A stretch of DNA of 64,000 nt. Origin: Octopus vulgaris. Lineage: Eukaryota. The translations under genes and the position numbers were made by a program. The stretch is taken from positions 77,252,001 to 77,316,000 of the forward strand of contig OX597826.1 in assembly GCA_951406725.2 (NCBI GenBank). The letters are read 5' to 3'. The notes beneath the pieces were generated by a model. It ran no database searches and had not been told where the DNA came from. It was given only the letters and a program-made list of their open reading frames with translations. Within the stretch, counting starts at the first letter, position 1. Every line of letters starts with the position of its first letter. Positions 28,218 to 41,635 of the stretch are shown in pieces.

Positions 28218-28398
28218 TTGCCACACGAGCAGCTTGGGGAAGGTGGGGATGAGTCGATGACATCGACCCCAGTGTTTCATTGGCGCTTAATTTATCGAAC
28301 CTGAAAGGATGAAAGGCAAAGTCGACCTCAGCAGAATTTGAACTCAGAATATAGCGACGGGCGAAATACTGCTAAGCATTTCGTCCAGCGCGCAAACG
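28218..28398 (-). mobile_element. SINE family B nested in the internal microsatellite of a family A copy
   Basis: catcgaccccagtg...gaaaggatgaaaggcaaagtcgacctc...tttgaactcagaa. Confidence 0.8.
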
Positions 28399-28410
28399 AT
28401 GATGAAGTAC

Positions 28411-28442
<32 letters not shown>

Positions 28443-28448
28443 TGTATG

Positions 28449-28482
<34 letters not shown>

Positions 28483-28499
28483 TGTATGTATGTATGAGT

Positions 28500-28702
28500 G
28501 TCTCTGTGTGTGCGTGTTTGTCCCTCACCACCGCTTGACGAACGCTGTTGGTGTGTTTACGTCCCAGTAACTTAATGGTTCGGCAAAGGAGATCAATAGA
28601 ATAAGTACCAGCTTCAAAAAGTAAATCCTGGAGTTGATTTATTCGACTAAAAACTGTTCAGAGAGACAGCCCAGCATGGCCACAGTCAAATGACTGAAAC
28701 AT
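28500..28702 (+). mobile_element. SINE family A, 3' half
   Basis: tttgtccc...cgcttgac...ggttcggcaaa...cagcatggccacagtcaaatgactgaaac. Confidence 0.8.
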
Positions 28703-28735
28703 GCATATATACAATATGAACATGCATATATAAAC

Positions 28736-28799
<64 letters not shown>

Positions 28800-29005
28800 G
28801 ATGTAAACATGCATCCGTACACGCGTATGTGAGTGTGTATTGAAATGTATGCATTAACATTGTGATGTCACAACAAATACGATATCTCAAAGCAGCCTGT
28901 CTTCTGGGATGTTAAGAACTGGCTTTACGACACATCCACAAATTTCAAAACCGGCCATGCTTGACAGTTTAATCTTTCATGAGTCGCTGAAGGATCTTCT
29001 AAGTT

Positions 29006-29161
29006 CAGTAGTTTCCAACTGGGGTCCGCATCACCGTTGTGGGGAGGTCTATATATGGTTTTGTTGTTAAAATTCATCTTCTATAATGCTCAAAATAGTT
29101 TAATTCTTTTATACAATTGAATCAAAAGGTTCCGTAAGCAAATGATGGTCCTGAACCACTG
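29006..29161. mobile_element. Degenerate hAT (Charlie-type) MITE
   Basis: cagtagtttccaac ... gaaccactg ends; near-TSD ttctaagt / ctctaagt. Confidence 0.5.
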
Positions 29162-29960
29162 CTCTAAGTGATCGTAACCTTTGCCTGACATAACAGTCAA
29201 ATCGCACTAAAATCGCAAATACAAGCTAGCTTTTTTAATAAAGGACACAATGGATAATGCAATCGATGGTAGAATCGAGAGTTCAGGATAAAAATCTATA
29301 CAGTCACGGCTAGAACGCCTTTGATCCATATAGTTCAAGGCGAAAACATACTGGATTTGGTATGGCCACGGCTAAAATATCCGCCTCATCGGTGCTTGCA
29401 TGTGTGTGTGTGTGTGTGTGTAGGAGTGTGGGTGGGAACAGGCCAAAACGCTTTTACCTTTCATCTTTGTAAGGACGACAATAAAACAAGAATCACCCAT
29501 CTCCTGGTTGATGATTATTATGAAGGGATCCGTTTCATTAGGTTTGGACACCCGTAACACTCACCCCACCGCCAATCACACATACAAACACTTCATTAGA
29601 AAACTGCGGCCTTGGGCCGAACACTGGGAAATCAATATCATATCAAACTACATAATATTATTGGAGTATTAAATAGAAGCTCACCCACGTCACAATTATA
29701 TCGTCATGTTACAATATGTTTCGTAATTATGGCGTCTAAATATTTAATTTCGGGAATTACATTTATCTCATTTTCAACCTTGTTCTATTGTCCTCCATTC
29801 GCGTCTCTCCACCCCGTTCGATTTCATTTTCCAACTCCTTTATTTTGATATTTAACTTCTTTTTTTTCCTTTTTTAATGAAGCTGTTGTGCTACATGGTA
29901 AGTGTTGTTTGTTTTGTTTTAGTTCTGATGTGTGTACATGCATGCGTGTGTGATAGATAT

Positions 29961-30001
<41 letters not shown>

Positions 30002-30039
30002 AATATGTGTGTATGTGTAGATATGAATATATTTGTGTG

Positions 30040-30072
<33 letters not shown>

Positions 30073-30225
30073 TTGGGTGTGTGTGTTTTAAAAATTCTTC
30101 GTTCGTTCGTTCGTTTATCCGTTCATTCATCAATAGAATATTTAATTATAATGTTGAATTGATAAAGGATGGGTGGCGGGGCGGAGAGGTTATTGTTGTT
30201 GAATTGGAAAATGTGAAGCGATACT

Positions 30226-30457
30226 AGTGGTGGTGACAGTGGCGATGGTGACAGTGGTGGTGGTGGTGGTGTTGGTGGTGGTGGTGAAGGTGGTGGTGGT
30301 GGTGGTGGTGGCGGCGGCGGCGGCGGTGACAGTGGTGGTGGCAGTGATGGCGATGGTGACAGTGATGGTGGTGGTGGCGGCACCGGTGGTGACAGTGTAG
30401 GTGGTGGTGGTGATGGTGGTGGTGGTGGTGGTGGTGGTGGTAGTGGTGGTGGTGGTG
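30226..30457. repeat. (GGT/GGC)n G-rich trinucleotide tract
   Basis: Direct reading. Confidence 0.9.
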
Positions 30458-30526
30458 TATAGAAGAAATGGCTGGAAATTTCGGAAAGCATAAATGTTTG
30501 TATTACTTTATACAAACACACGTGTT

Positions 30527-30705
30527 TGTATGTATGTATGTATGTATGTATGTATGTGTGTGTGTATGTATGTATGTATGTATGTATGTATGTATGTATG
30601 TATGTATGTATGTATGTATGTATGTATGTATGCATGTATGTATGTATGTATGTATGTATGTATGTATGTATGTATGTATGTATGCATGCATGTATGTCAT
30701 GAATG

Positions 30706-30736
<31 letters not shown>

Positions 30737-30882
30737 GTATGTATGTATGTATGTATGTATGTATGTATGTATGTATGTATGTATGTATGTATGTATGTAT
30801 GTATGTATGTATGTATGCATGCATGTATGTATGTATGTATGTATGTATGTATGTATGTATGCATGCATGTATGTCATGAATG

Positions 30883-30913
<31 letters not shown>

Positions 30914-31167
30914 GTATGTATGTATGTATGTATGTATGTATGTATGTATGTATGTATGTATGTATGTATGTATGTATGTATGTATGTATGTATGTATGTA
31001 TGTATGTATGTATGTATGTATGTATGTATGTATGTATGTATGTATGTATGTATGTATGTATGTATGTGTGTGTGTATGTATGTATGTATGTATGTATGTA
31101 TGTATGTATGTATGTATGTATGTATGTATGTATGTATGTATGTATGCATGCATGTATGTCATGAATG

Positions 31168-31198
<31 letters not shown>

Positions 31199-31288
31199 GT
31201 ATGTATGTATGTATGTATGTATGTATGTATGTATGTATGTATGTATGTATGTATGTATGTATGTATGCATGCATGTATGTCATGAATG

Positions 31289-31319
<31 letters not shown>

Positions 31320-31328
31320 GTATGTATG

Positions 31329-31359
<31 letters not shown>

Positions 31360-31595
31360 GTATGTATGTATGTATGTATGTATGTATGTATGTATGTATG
31401 TGTGTGTGTGTATGTATGTATGTATGTATGTATGTATGTATGTATGTATGTATGTATGTATGTATGTATGTATGTATGTATGTATGTATGTATGTATGTA
31501 TGTATGTATGTATGTATGTATGTATGTATGCATGCATGTATGTCATGAATGTATGTATGTATGTATGTATGTATGTAAGTATGTATTTATGTATG

Positions 31596-31626
<31 letters not shown>

Positions 31627-31760
31627 GTATGTATGTATGCATGCATGTATGTATGTATGTATGTATGTATGTATGCATGCATGTATGTCATGTATGTATG
31701 TATGTATGTGTGTGTATGTATGTTTGTATGTATGTATGTATGTATGTATGTCATGAATGT
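30527..31760. repeat. 1.2-kb (TATG)n array with higher-order variant modules
   Basis: Recurrent gcatgcatgtatgtcatgaatg and gtaagtatg interruptions. Confidence 0.95.
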
Positions 31761-31914
31761 GTTTGTATGCACTGACGTTTGTACCTATGTATGTGTGTGA
31801 ATGCATTCATGTGTGTATGTATGTGTGTGCATGTGTGTGTGTATACGTACAAACATACATATACATTTATGTATACATACATATATATGTATACATAAAA
31901 AAGGCGCATATTTG

Positions 31915-32130
31915 CGTCGGTTCTCCGTCCGTTTCGACGATGATTATTCAATGCTTCCTTTTCTTGGACATGCAGGTCATTGAGTTAGAGTGTTTGTGGC
32001 CGAGTGTTCCACAGAAAAAACTCTTGTGTCTCTTTAATGCAATCCTCAGGCACATACAACATGACTCAGTGTACGTGTTGAATAGAATCCAAGAGAAGGA
32101 AAGAGGTGAGGAATTTAACAGCCAGTAACG
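31915..32130 (-). mobile_element. Old retroposon 3' tail homologous to the SINE family C tail
   Basis: Minus strand ctgtggaacactcggccac...catcgtcgaaacggacggaga versus family C ctgtggagtgctcagccac...cgtcgtcgtaaccgacggag. Confidence 0.55.
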
Positions 32131-32325
32131 TTGTTAAGAATTTCCCCTTCTCTGCCTATGGAACCAAAGATGGAGTTTGCTGGAAGCAAGTATGGGACAT
32201 TTAGAAACGATTACCCGTCTTACTCTAAAGATATGACTAATGTATACACACACACACACACATACACACTGGTATGCATATATGCATACATCCATGCGTA
32301 TGCACATACGGCAATGTTAGATCGT

Positions 32326-32507
32326 TAGCCACTACACACATTTTTTCTCTCCTTTTTTCTCTCCTTGTTTTTTCTGTGTCCCTTTCTGTAGAAGAGCGTA
32401 GGCTCGAAACGTAAAAGACTTTTTCTATTCCTGAGCGTTATACTAATACATTTGTTTGTTTTGTACACCACCTGTCTTCGTCTTTTGATTTTTTCGTAAA
32501 CTCTCCC
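32326..32507 (+). mobile_element. Short HHR-bearing element, family F
   Basis: Colinear with 45733-45916 and 3933-4140 (minus). Confidence 0.85.
32382..32417 (+). ncRNA. Minimal type-I hammerhead-like fold, variant core CUGUAGA
   Basis: cuuu CUGUAGA a gagc-guag-gcuc GAAA cg UA aaag. Confidence 0.5.
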
Positions 32508-32817
32508 TACATACACTCATACACGCCTGTCTGCATACATATATATATGCAAAGACATAGAGTCATGAATACTCAACGAAGCCTAAACAGAATCCCCAGA
32601 AACCTAAATGAGGTGCCAATATGAAATGGGAGCGCCGAAAGTCTTTGAATCAAGGCTGTAGAATCACATTATGAAGATTATAATTTGCTATCCAAGAACA
32701 GAAGAGCGAGAACTATACAGATTGGACAGAAGTGACACTGGATCTCTTAAAGATATGAAGATACACTAAAAAGTTCCGAATTGGTAGTTGCCTGTAGCTT
32801 CTCGTGTATACTAGTAG

Positions 32818-33190
32818 AGGCGCAATGGCCCAGTGCTCAGGGCAGCAAACTCGCAGTCTTAGGATTGCCGTTTCTATTCCCAGACCGGGCATTGTGAGTG
32901 TTTATTGAGCGAAAATACCTAAAGCTCTACGAGGCTCCGGCAGGGGATAGTGGCGAACCCTGCTGTACTCTTTCACCACAACTTTCTCTCACTCTTTCTT
33001 CCTGTTTCTGTTGTACCTTTACTTCAAAGGGCCAGTCTTGTCACACTCTGTGTTATGCTGAATCTCCCCGAGAACTACTGTAAGAGTACACGTGTCTGTG
33101 GAGAGCTCAGCCACTTGCACGTTAATTCCACGAGCAAGCTGTTCCGTTGATCGGATCAACTGGAACCCTCGTCGTCTTAACCGAGTGCCA
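32818..33190 (+). mobile_element. SINE family C (tRNA-derived head), long-tail type
   Basis: ggcgcaatggcccagtg...gtttctattcccagaccggg; body shared with 49245-49621 and 61566-61928. Confidence 0.9.
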
Positions 33191-33606
33191 CGATACGAGT
33201 TGATTTTTTAAATTTAGAATAACATTTAACCGGCCACCTATTTGGTAACAAAGTTGTGAAGGAAGAATCTTCTTTTAACCATCATCCTTTAAATATTAAG
33301 AAAGTCTTGCAGAATTTTATAGCCCGGATATCCTGATCGTTTGTAGCAGATGAATTAAAGACATGCGTTCTGTGGTTCCGAGATCCCAACTTCAGCTGTT
33401 CTTTATTCCAGACAGGTTGATGTATATCCTGGTTGGTATGTATGTATGTATGTATGTATGTATGTATGTATGTATGTATGTATGTATGTATGTATGTATG
33501 TATGTATGTATGTATGTATGTGTGTATGTATGTATGTGTGTATGTGTGTATGTGTGTGTGTATGTATGTATGTATTTGTCTATTTATATATGGCTGGATG
33601 GATGGA

Positions 33607-33642
<36 letters not shown>

Positions 33643-33805
33643 TCGCATGTTTGTGTAGATGTATGTTTATATGTATATATGTATGCATATATACATATAA
33701 ACATATATACATGCTACTAACTACAAGATTCCGAGTTCGATTCCAGGCAGTGACCCGAACAACAACAACAACAACAACTACAACAACAACAACAACAACA
33801 ACAAC

Positions 33806-33869
<64 letters not shown>

Positions 33870-33927
33870 GCAACAACAACATCGAAAATACCTTAAGAAT
33901 GAGAACCCAAGTTCGAAATTTTCCCAA

Positions 33928-33973
33928 GACACCTGATGAAGGCAGAAGGGTATATCAGCCGAAACGTTGTGTT
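33928..33973 (+). ncRNA. Minimal type-I hammerhead ribozyme in a short PLE-like insert (~33878-34058)
   Basis: gacac CUGAUGA a ggc-agaaggguauauca-gcc GAAA cg UU guguu; canonical core, palindromic AACGUU stem III. Confidence 0.7.
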
Positions 33974-34289
33974 AACAACAAAGATGAGGATAAATATCCG
34001 TCAAATGTAAATAATGTAAATAATGGACATAATTTCTCATCTCTTTAATATAGAACTGCATTACTTCTCTCTGTATACAACTTTCTCCGTGATTCTTCAC
34101 TAATGATCAGGAAGAAGTTTGTTCTTTTCCACGAAAGCGAAATAATCGTCTAGCCACATTATTTCCGACACACACACACACACAAACACACACACATGTA
34201 TGTAAGTGTAAATGTGTGGATATAGAAAGAAAAACACATAAAAATTGTAGGAGTGAATTCTAAAAGTGTTTCTTTTCATTTCTCTAAAA

Positions 34290-34453
34290 CAGGTGTGCCC
34301 AAACTTTTTAGACCATTGACCCCTTCATGGAATCCATGACCCTCTGGCATGTACAAGAAAGTAAATAATGATTAAGGAAATGTGCATTTATCGACCCCTT
34401 GAAAAGTCCCATCGATCCCCAGGGGTCGATATCGACCCCTTTCGAGAACCCTG
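34290..34453. mobile_element. hAT (Charlie-type) MITE with perfect 8-bp TSD
   Basis: ctctaaaa|caggtgtgcccaaa ... ttcgagaaccctg|ctctaaaa. Confidence 0.8.
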
Positions 34454-35315
34454 CTCTAAAATAGATTCAACATTGAAACAGACAGATCACGCAAATAATT
34501 AGTCTCAATGTTGCTGGGTCCCCCCACCCAGCTGTGTGTGCTTAAGGCCCGCGCATCTTCACTCTGGCGAGCAATTATATATTTATACCATTCAATAAGG
34601 TTAGAAATACTTTCTTATATAAAATTAATATGTTCTCCGCTGTGTAACGTATTTCAACAGGTTCACTAATTGTTGAATCTGGACCAACAGAAGATTTATT
34701 CGGAATATTGAGCAACATACACGTACACACGTACATAAGCACACATACATAAATATAGGTGCAAACACACAGACACATATACTTGCATGTGTATGTATGT
34801 GTATATATGTATATATATATGTGTGTGTGTGTGTGTGCGTGTGTGTGTGTATATGTGTATATGATCTCTTCTGTTTTTAATTATTTGATTTCTTCCTCTA
34901 AGATAGGAGCTGGTTTCCAATAACGATACAAAGCTCCACCGCTGGAATGTAGAAAACGAAAGAAATGTTACATTTAAAACTTCTACCGTACCCTAGCATA
35001 TAACATGACAAGAGTTGAATGTTTTATATATAGTTTATCAAGAACAGAAGGGAATTGAAGGTAAATATAGTCTCTGGGTATTAAATATGATACGCGAACA
35101 GCCGGAACGAAATATCGAATGACATTTCGTCCGGCACACTAGCGGACAGAGAAATTGTTATTATACTGTATAACAGGAAAAAATGATCGGAACATGTCGG
35201 TTGATGTTCTACCGATTCTATCAACTTCAGAAATGTTTTGCATATTTTTACTCTGTGTGTGTGTGTGTGTGTGTGTGTTTGTTTGTTTGTGTGTGTGTGT
35301 GTGTGTTTGTTTGTT

Positions 35316-35783
<468 letters not shown>

Positions 35784-37357
35784 TAAATGGAAAGATGAAT
35801 TTTCTTGTTACAGATTATTCAAAAGTTTAACCGATACCTGGGTAGCAAAAATCACAGCAGAAAAAAACACGGTTGGAGATAAGACCATTTGGTGTTGCAA
35901 CCGTGCGTTGGTGCGGATAATTGTACATATATATATATATATATATATAGCAGACGATTATAAAGAAACTTGAGTAGCTGAAAATATGTCTCACTCAATA
36001 AATCACAAGATAATCCGAGTAATGAGGCATGTTTAAATATAATTAAAGCATAAATTAAAGATGCACATATATACATATATGTGTACATACATACGTGTGC
36101 TTGCGTACGTGCGTGTGTGTGTGTGTGTGTGTATGTGTGTGTATGTGTGTGTGTGTATTGGAAAGTGTGAGAGAAGTGCGTGCTTGTTGATATCATTTAT
36201 TTATATTGAGGAAGTATGTTTAGAAGTAACAGGGAAACTTTTTTAGTTTTTTGCCTGTATAATTAAATTAAATGATGTTAATTACCCACCAGAAAAAACA
36301 AAATAGGATTGTTATTTTCCGTTTCTGCAATAAGTTTGACAGTATCTCGTGTTTGTACGGTTCTCATCCTCATCACTAAATGCATTTGATTCTTCTTCTG
36401 TAAAGCGACGATCGATGAAATATTTGAGAAAAATTAAGAAAATCTTTAAAATTGTCTTTTATAAAATGTGTCTTTGGGAGAATTTCCACTTCTCGCAGCA
36501 TAAGGATGGGATGGCTTTTTTTCATGTTGTAGGATAAAACTGCAATTAACGATGATAAAATTTTGGGCGATATATTCACTCTCCGCTTTCAAAGGGTTAA
36601 AATATGGAACGTGGTGTCTAAGGGGAGCTAACATAGTTCAAAGATACAAAATAGTTAAATTAAACGAAGGTCTGAGGATGTAAATCTAAAAATAAAATGG
36701 CCGAACAAGTCTCCGACCCAAATGAATAGGGGCCAGCGGGGCATACATTTGAACAATTATCATAGTTAAAAGTTTCCTGTAACAAACATGATCGAAGGTT
36801 TTCCTGACGAGAAGGACAATGAACATGCTTTTAACCGAGCGATCTCAAGGTCAAAGAAGCAGTGGAGTGTGACGGAGGAAAAATGGCATCCAGTAAATTT
36901 GACTCAGCAGGAAGCGAACTACCGATCAGTTGTAAAGAGAAAATTATGTAAGAGAGCAAAAGAGAGACGGTAGCTTATACACATCGAGTGTATCCATGTG
37001 TGATTGTGTATATGAGAGTGATGAAGTAAATATTATAACTGTGTGTGAGTGTGTGCACGCGTATATGAGCGTTTGTATGTATGTGTGCATGTATATATAT
37101 ATATATATATATATATACGTGTATGTGTGTGTACGTATATATATATATGTGTGTGTGTGCACGTATATATATTTATATATATATACATGTATGTATGTAT
37201 GTATATATATTAATGTTGTTATCTAAAACAATTTGATTCGGCCCTATGCAACTTTAAGTTTCATGGGGACCTTGCGAAGACTACAACTAATATATAAATA
37301 CATACATTACATGCATACGTATATATATATATATATATACGTATATGCTTTTCAATA

Positions 37358-37562
37358 TGTAACCTCGTGAGTACCGCTGGCGATTTTTTTCCTCTGTCTT
37401 CCCTTCTCGGGATCTTACCTTCTCCTATGTTTCCTACGAAGAGCTCCGCTCGAAACGTTAAACCTTCCTTCTTTCCTTCTTTCCTGAGCGTCCAATAATA
37501 CTTTATTTGTTCCACGTCCTCGCGTTGTTGTTTTTTTGTGTGTTTTCTTGTTTGGATTAACT
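37358..37562 (+). mobile_element. Short HHR-bearing element, family E (longest copy)
   Basis: Shares layout and the ttcctgagcg motif with family F; truncated siblings at 126-226, 17725-17828 and ~48272-48295. Confidence 0.8.
37429..37463 (+). ncRNA. Minimal hammerhead-like fold with decayed or variant core CCUACGA
   Basis: guuu CCUACGA a gagc-ucc-gcuc GAAA cg UU aaac; stems intact, core deviates at positions 4 and 5. Confidence 0.45.
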
Positions 37563-37574
37563 TTATATATATAG

Positions 37575-37644
<70 letters not shown>

Positions 37645-38316
37645 GTAGGTAGGTAGGTAGATAAATAGATATACAGATATATATATACATATATACATAT
37701 ATATATACACATATATACGTATATATACACATATACATATATATATACCCATATACATACATATATATACACATATACATACATATATATACACATATGT
37801 ATATATAGATATATCCGTATTTCAGTATTTCACACGCACACACACACACACACGTATGAGAATAAAAATAATTGTATGAAAAATAATTGATTATTGGATC
37901 TCACCTGACGAAACACCTACTGAAAACTAAAATACAGTTTTATGGAAGTACGATAAAAATTGAAAGAAAAAGGGCGACAGATATGAGAAAGAAAGAGAGC
38001 GGGGAAGAAAGAGAGGGTAAGGTGGAGAGAGAGAGAGACAGAGGAATGGGAGAAGAAATGTGTGAGTGGCATGCTGGATATACATAGAGGATATCCAGTT
38101 ATCACTTGATCTCACTCGTTTGTTTCTCAGCATCTTTTGTAGACAGCATTCAATTGAGAGGAGCAATAACTGATGGATAGCATGCAGTTTTGAAATTCAG
38201 TCTGGAAAGGGTCTCATGTGGCATTTGCCTTCTTTCTTTATATGCATGCGTCTGTGTGAGTGTATGTATGTGTCTGTGTGTGTGCTTGTGTGTGTATGTG
38301 TGCATTTGAGCATATA

Positions 38317-38413
<97 letters not shown>

Positions 38414-39665
38414 GCATATTTGTATATGTACATGTGTGTCTGCACGCGAGGTTGTACGTATGTGTACACGAAGACCTCCCACATTCGTATGTGCTTGTGT
38501 ATATATATATACATACATGCATGCATGCATCTGTCTGTGTGTTTCTATATATTTGCACTGTTGCACTATCATTCACAAGTCACTGGTCACCGTAATGGAC
38601 GCGTACTAATATCTTAGGCATCGAACTAATCTAAAACAAAGCGACAACTCGTGATAGTCTCCAGTTATGGTCTGCTCTACGTGTGATGTAGAATGAGAGA
38701 CACATTAAGTAACATGTCGATATGCTCTGTGTTAAACATCCCTGCCTTTTCCTTTATCTCTTTCTCTCTGCGGGACTTCCATGGAAACGAAACAACAACT
38801 GAGAGTAGTCGCTTCGAATATAGAATTAAACTCTAATGCGTTTAAGGAGTAAGTTTTTCGAGGTTGATTCTTATATATAGCAAAACGAATATACACGCGC
38901 CCATGCAATTATACACATGCACTGAATCTATATACATAGAATATATATAAATATATTGGGGGGAGTTGATAGAATCGTTGGAGTATCAGAAAAATGCTTT
39001 GCGGTTTTTTTTGTACGGTTCGTTATCTTCAAATTCAAATCATACTGTGACATGTTTTGGCCTTCAATTTTCCGAGATCGATAAAATGAAATCACTAGAG
39101 AAGTACCGGAATCAATGATACAGACTATTCCCTCTCAGCTCGAACGTGCTGACCTTGCGCTTAAATCGTAAAGTTATTACGAACGCATTGAGTGACAGAC
39201 ATCGTAGAGTGTGTGTTTCATGACAAGTGCAGACGTTCTGAGCTTCAGTTTTGCTGAGATCAACTTCTGCTCATTTTCCTCGGCTAACAGTTTATAAAAT
39301 ATTTGAATGTGGTCACCTTCCTCCATTTTCATCACTCAGAAAATTACAAAAATACTTCCTTTTGGAGCCATCTTTCCTTCATGTTAATCACTCATTTGCT
39401 CATAAAATATACAAATACTAATATTGCTTTCTTTATGTCGGTTTATGTCTCGTCAAAAGAAATAATAAATATTATCAGTAATTTCTATATCAATTTCACT
39501 ATAACTACCACTTCTATTTTCATCCTTGTCAATACTAGCACCACATCCACCACCACCATTTCCACGACTACTACTACTACGACGACGACCACCACCACCA
39601 CTACCACCATCATCTTTGTCATCATCATCATCTTTTTTTAGTTTGCCAATTTCAAGATCACGAAG

Positions 39666-39896
39666 GGCGGCGAGATGGCAGAAACGTTAGCACGCCGGGC
39701 GAAGTACTTAGCGGTATTTCGTCTGCCGTTACGTTCTGAGTTCAAATTCCACCAAGGTCGACTTTGCCTTTCACCCTTTCGGGGTTGATTAAATAAGTAC
39801 CAGTTACGCACTGGGGTCGATATAATCGACTTAATCCCTTTGTCTGTCCTCGTTTGTCCCCTCTGTGTTTAGCCCCTTGTGGGCAATAAAGAAATA
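39666..39896 (+). mobile_element. SINE family B, full length
   Basis: ggcggcgagatggcagaaacgttag (A-box-like), gagttcaaattcc (B-box-like), central gtcgactttgcctttca.cctttcgggg...aagtaccag. Confidence 0.9.
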
Positions 39897-40192
39897 TCAA
39901 GATTACCAAATACGTTACAGGAAAGTATTGGCTGCGATCTTCGAGAGATGTGGACAATACCTTTCTCAGGTGGCTTTCTCTCATGAATGGAAAACGCTCG
40001 ATTCTATTCGAGCATAATCCTGAGCAATTCCCCAGTAATTGGTAATTCCTTGAAATTTACCTCTGAGAAACCCTACGGATTAATGTTTAGACCAGTGGCA
40101 TTCAACCCTTTCATTCTTGTTTTCATCGGGAGGAACCTCGAAATCATTCAATGCTTAAAAAATAATTTTTGATTGAATATTATTAGGAATTA

Positions 40193-40616
40193 TTCTTTTA
40201 TTCTTTTACTTGTTTCAGTCATTTGACAGCGGCCATGCTGGAACACCGCCTTGAAAGGTTTTAGTCGAACAAATCGACCCCAGGACTTATTCTTTCTAAG
40301 CCTAGTACTTATTCTATCTGTCTCTTTTGCCGAACCGCTAATTTATGGAGACGCGGAAGCACATCAACATCGGTTGTCAAGCGATGGTTTTGAGGACAAA
40401 CTAAGACACAAAGACCAACACACTTAAATACAAACACACACACACACACACAAATATACGACGGACTTCTTTCAGTTTCCGTCTACCAAATCCTCTCACA
40501 AGGTTTTAGCTGGCCTGAGGCTATAGTAGAAGACTCTTGCTCAAGGTACCATGCAGTGGGACTGAACTTGGAACCATGTGGTTTGGAAGCAAGCTTCTTA
40601 CCACACAGCTACACCT
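40193..40616 (-). mobile_element. SINE family A, full length
   Basis: Colinear with other full-length copies. Confidence 0.9.
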
Positions 40617-41401
40617 GCGTTTTTTACATAAAACAATTTAAAATATTTTGTGTATTTCAGAAATAAAAGCAATTTACAGCCCGTAAATTTTAGAACAAAA
40701 TCTTATCTGGGCCGCGGTTGAGAATCGCTGGATTCGACTAAAAGCCTTTACTTAGAACAGAAAAATTGCTTCAACAAATAGTATAAATAGTTTTGGTCGA
40801 GATACATGTGGTGAGTCCAGAAGAACGGCAACAGCAATATCCCACAGCGGAAAAAACAAGAGAATAAAGCATGTGTGGCTTAAATAGCTCATGTATTCAC
40901 ACATCTCCATGAAACAGCAATGTCTAAATACAGGCATCTAAACGAGTTCTATTTAGAGGTAACTTCTACAGCGGAACCAAGAAAATGCAACCTGCCGGGT
41001 AGAAATTAATCATATATTAATGAGACAATGGACAGGTGTTGATTTCTCAATCGAGACATACGGGTGAGTGCGATATGTAAAGGTCATTGAAACCCCCTAC
41101 ACCAGAAAGAGGGCACGAATGTAACCAGTGTGTGTATGTGTGTGTGTGTGTGTGTGTGGCGGAAGTAGATCCCACGGCGCTATGAGACCTCAACGACAGG
41201 AAAGAAGTGGTTTCTAAAGTTAGACACGGAAACAAGTTTTATCTCGAAAGAAAAAATTGCTACACTCTTACAACAGATTTATCAAATCGGGTTTTCGTTT
41301 TGTAGAATACATTGGTTGCCTCGAATAAACACACTCCTACACACATAGTCACGCAAACAACACAACTAAACATAAGGAGTAAGCATATATGTATACACAA
41401 A

Positions 41402-41635
41402 AGGCGGTGAGCTGGCAGAAACGTTAGCACGCCGGGCGAAATGCGTAGCCATATTTCATCTGTCGCTACTTTCTGAGTTCCAATTCCATCGAGGTCGACT
41501 TTGCCTTTCATCCTTTCGGGGTCGGAAAATCAAGTACCAGTTACGCACTGGGGGTCCATATAATCGACTTAATCCCTTTGCCTGTACTTGTTTGTCCCCT
41601 CTGTGTTTAGCCCCTTGTGGGTAGTAAAGAAATAG
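41402..41635 (+). mobile_element. SINE family B, full length
   Basis: Colinear with 39666-39896. Confidence 0.9.

Noticed and set aside
36800-36830. CTGACGA hammerhead seed (also 37905-37930 and 47836-47860)
   Set aside because: No stem II closing onto GAAA and no stem I or III pairing
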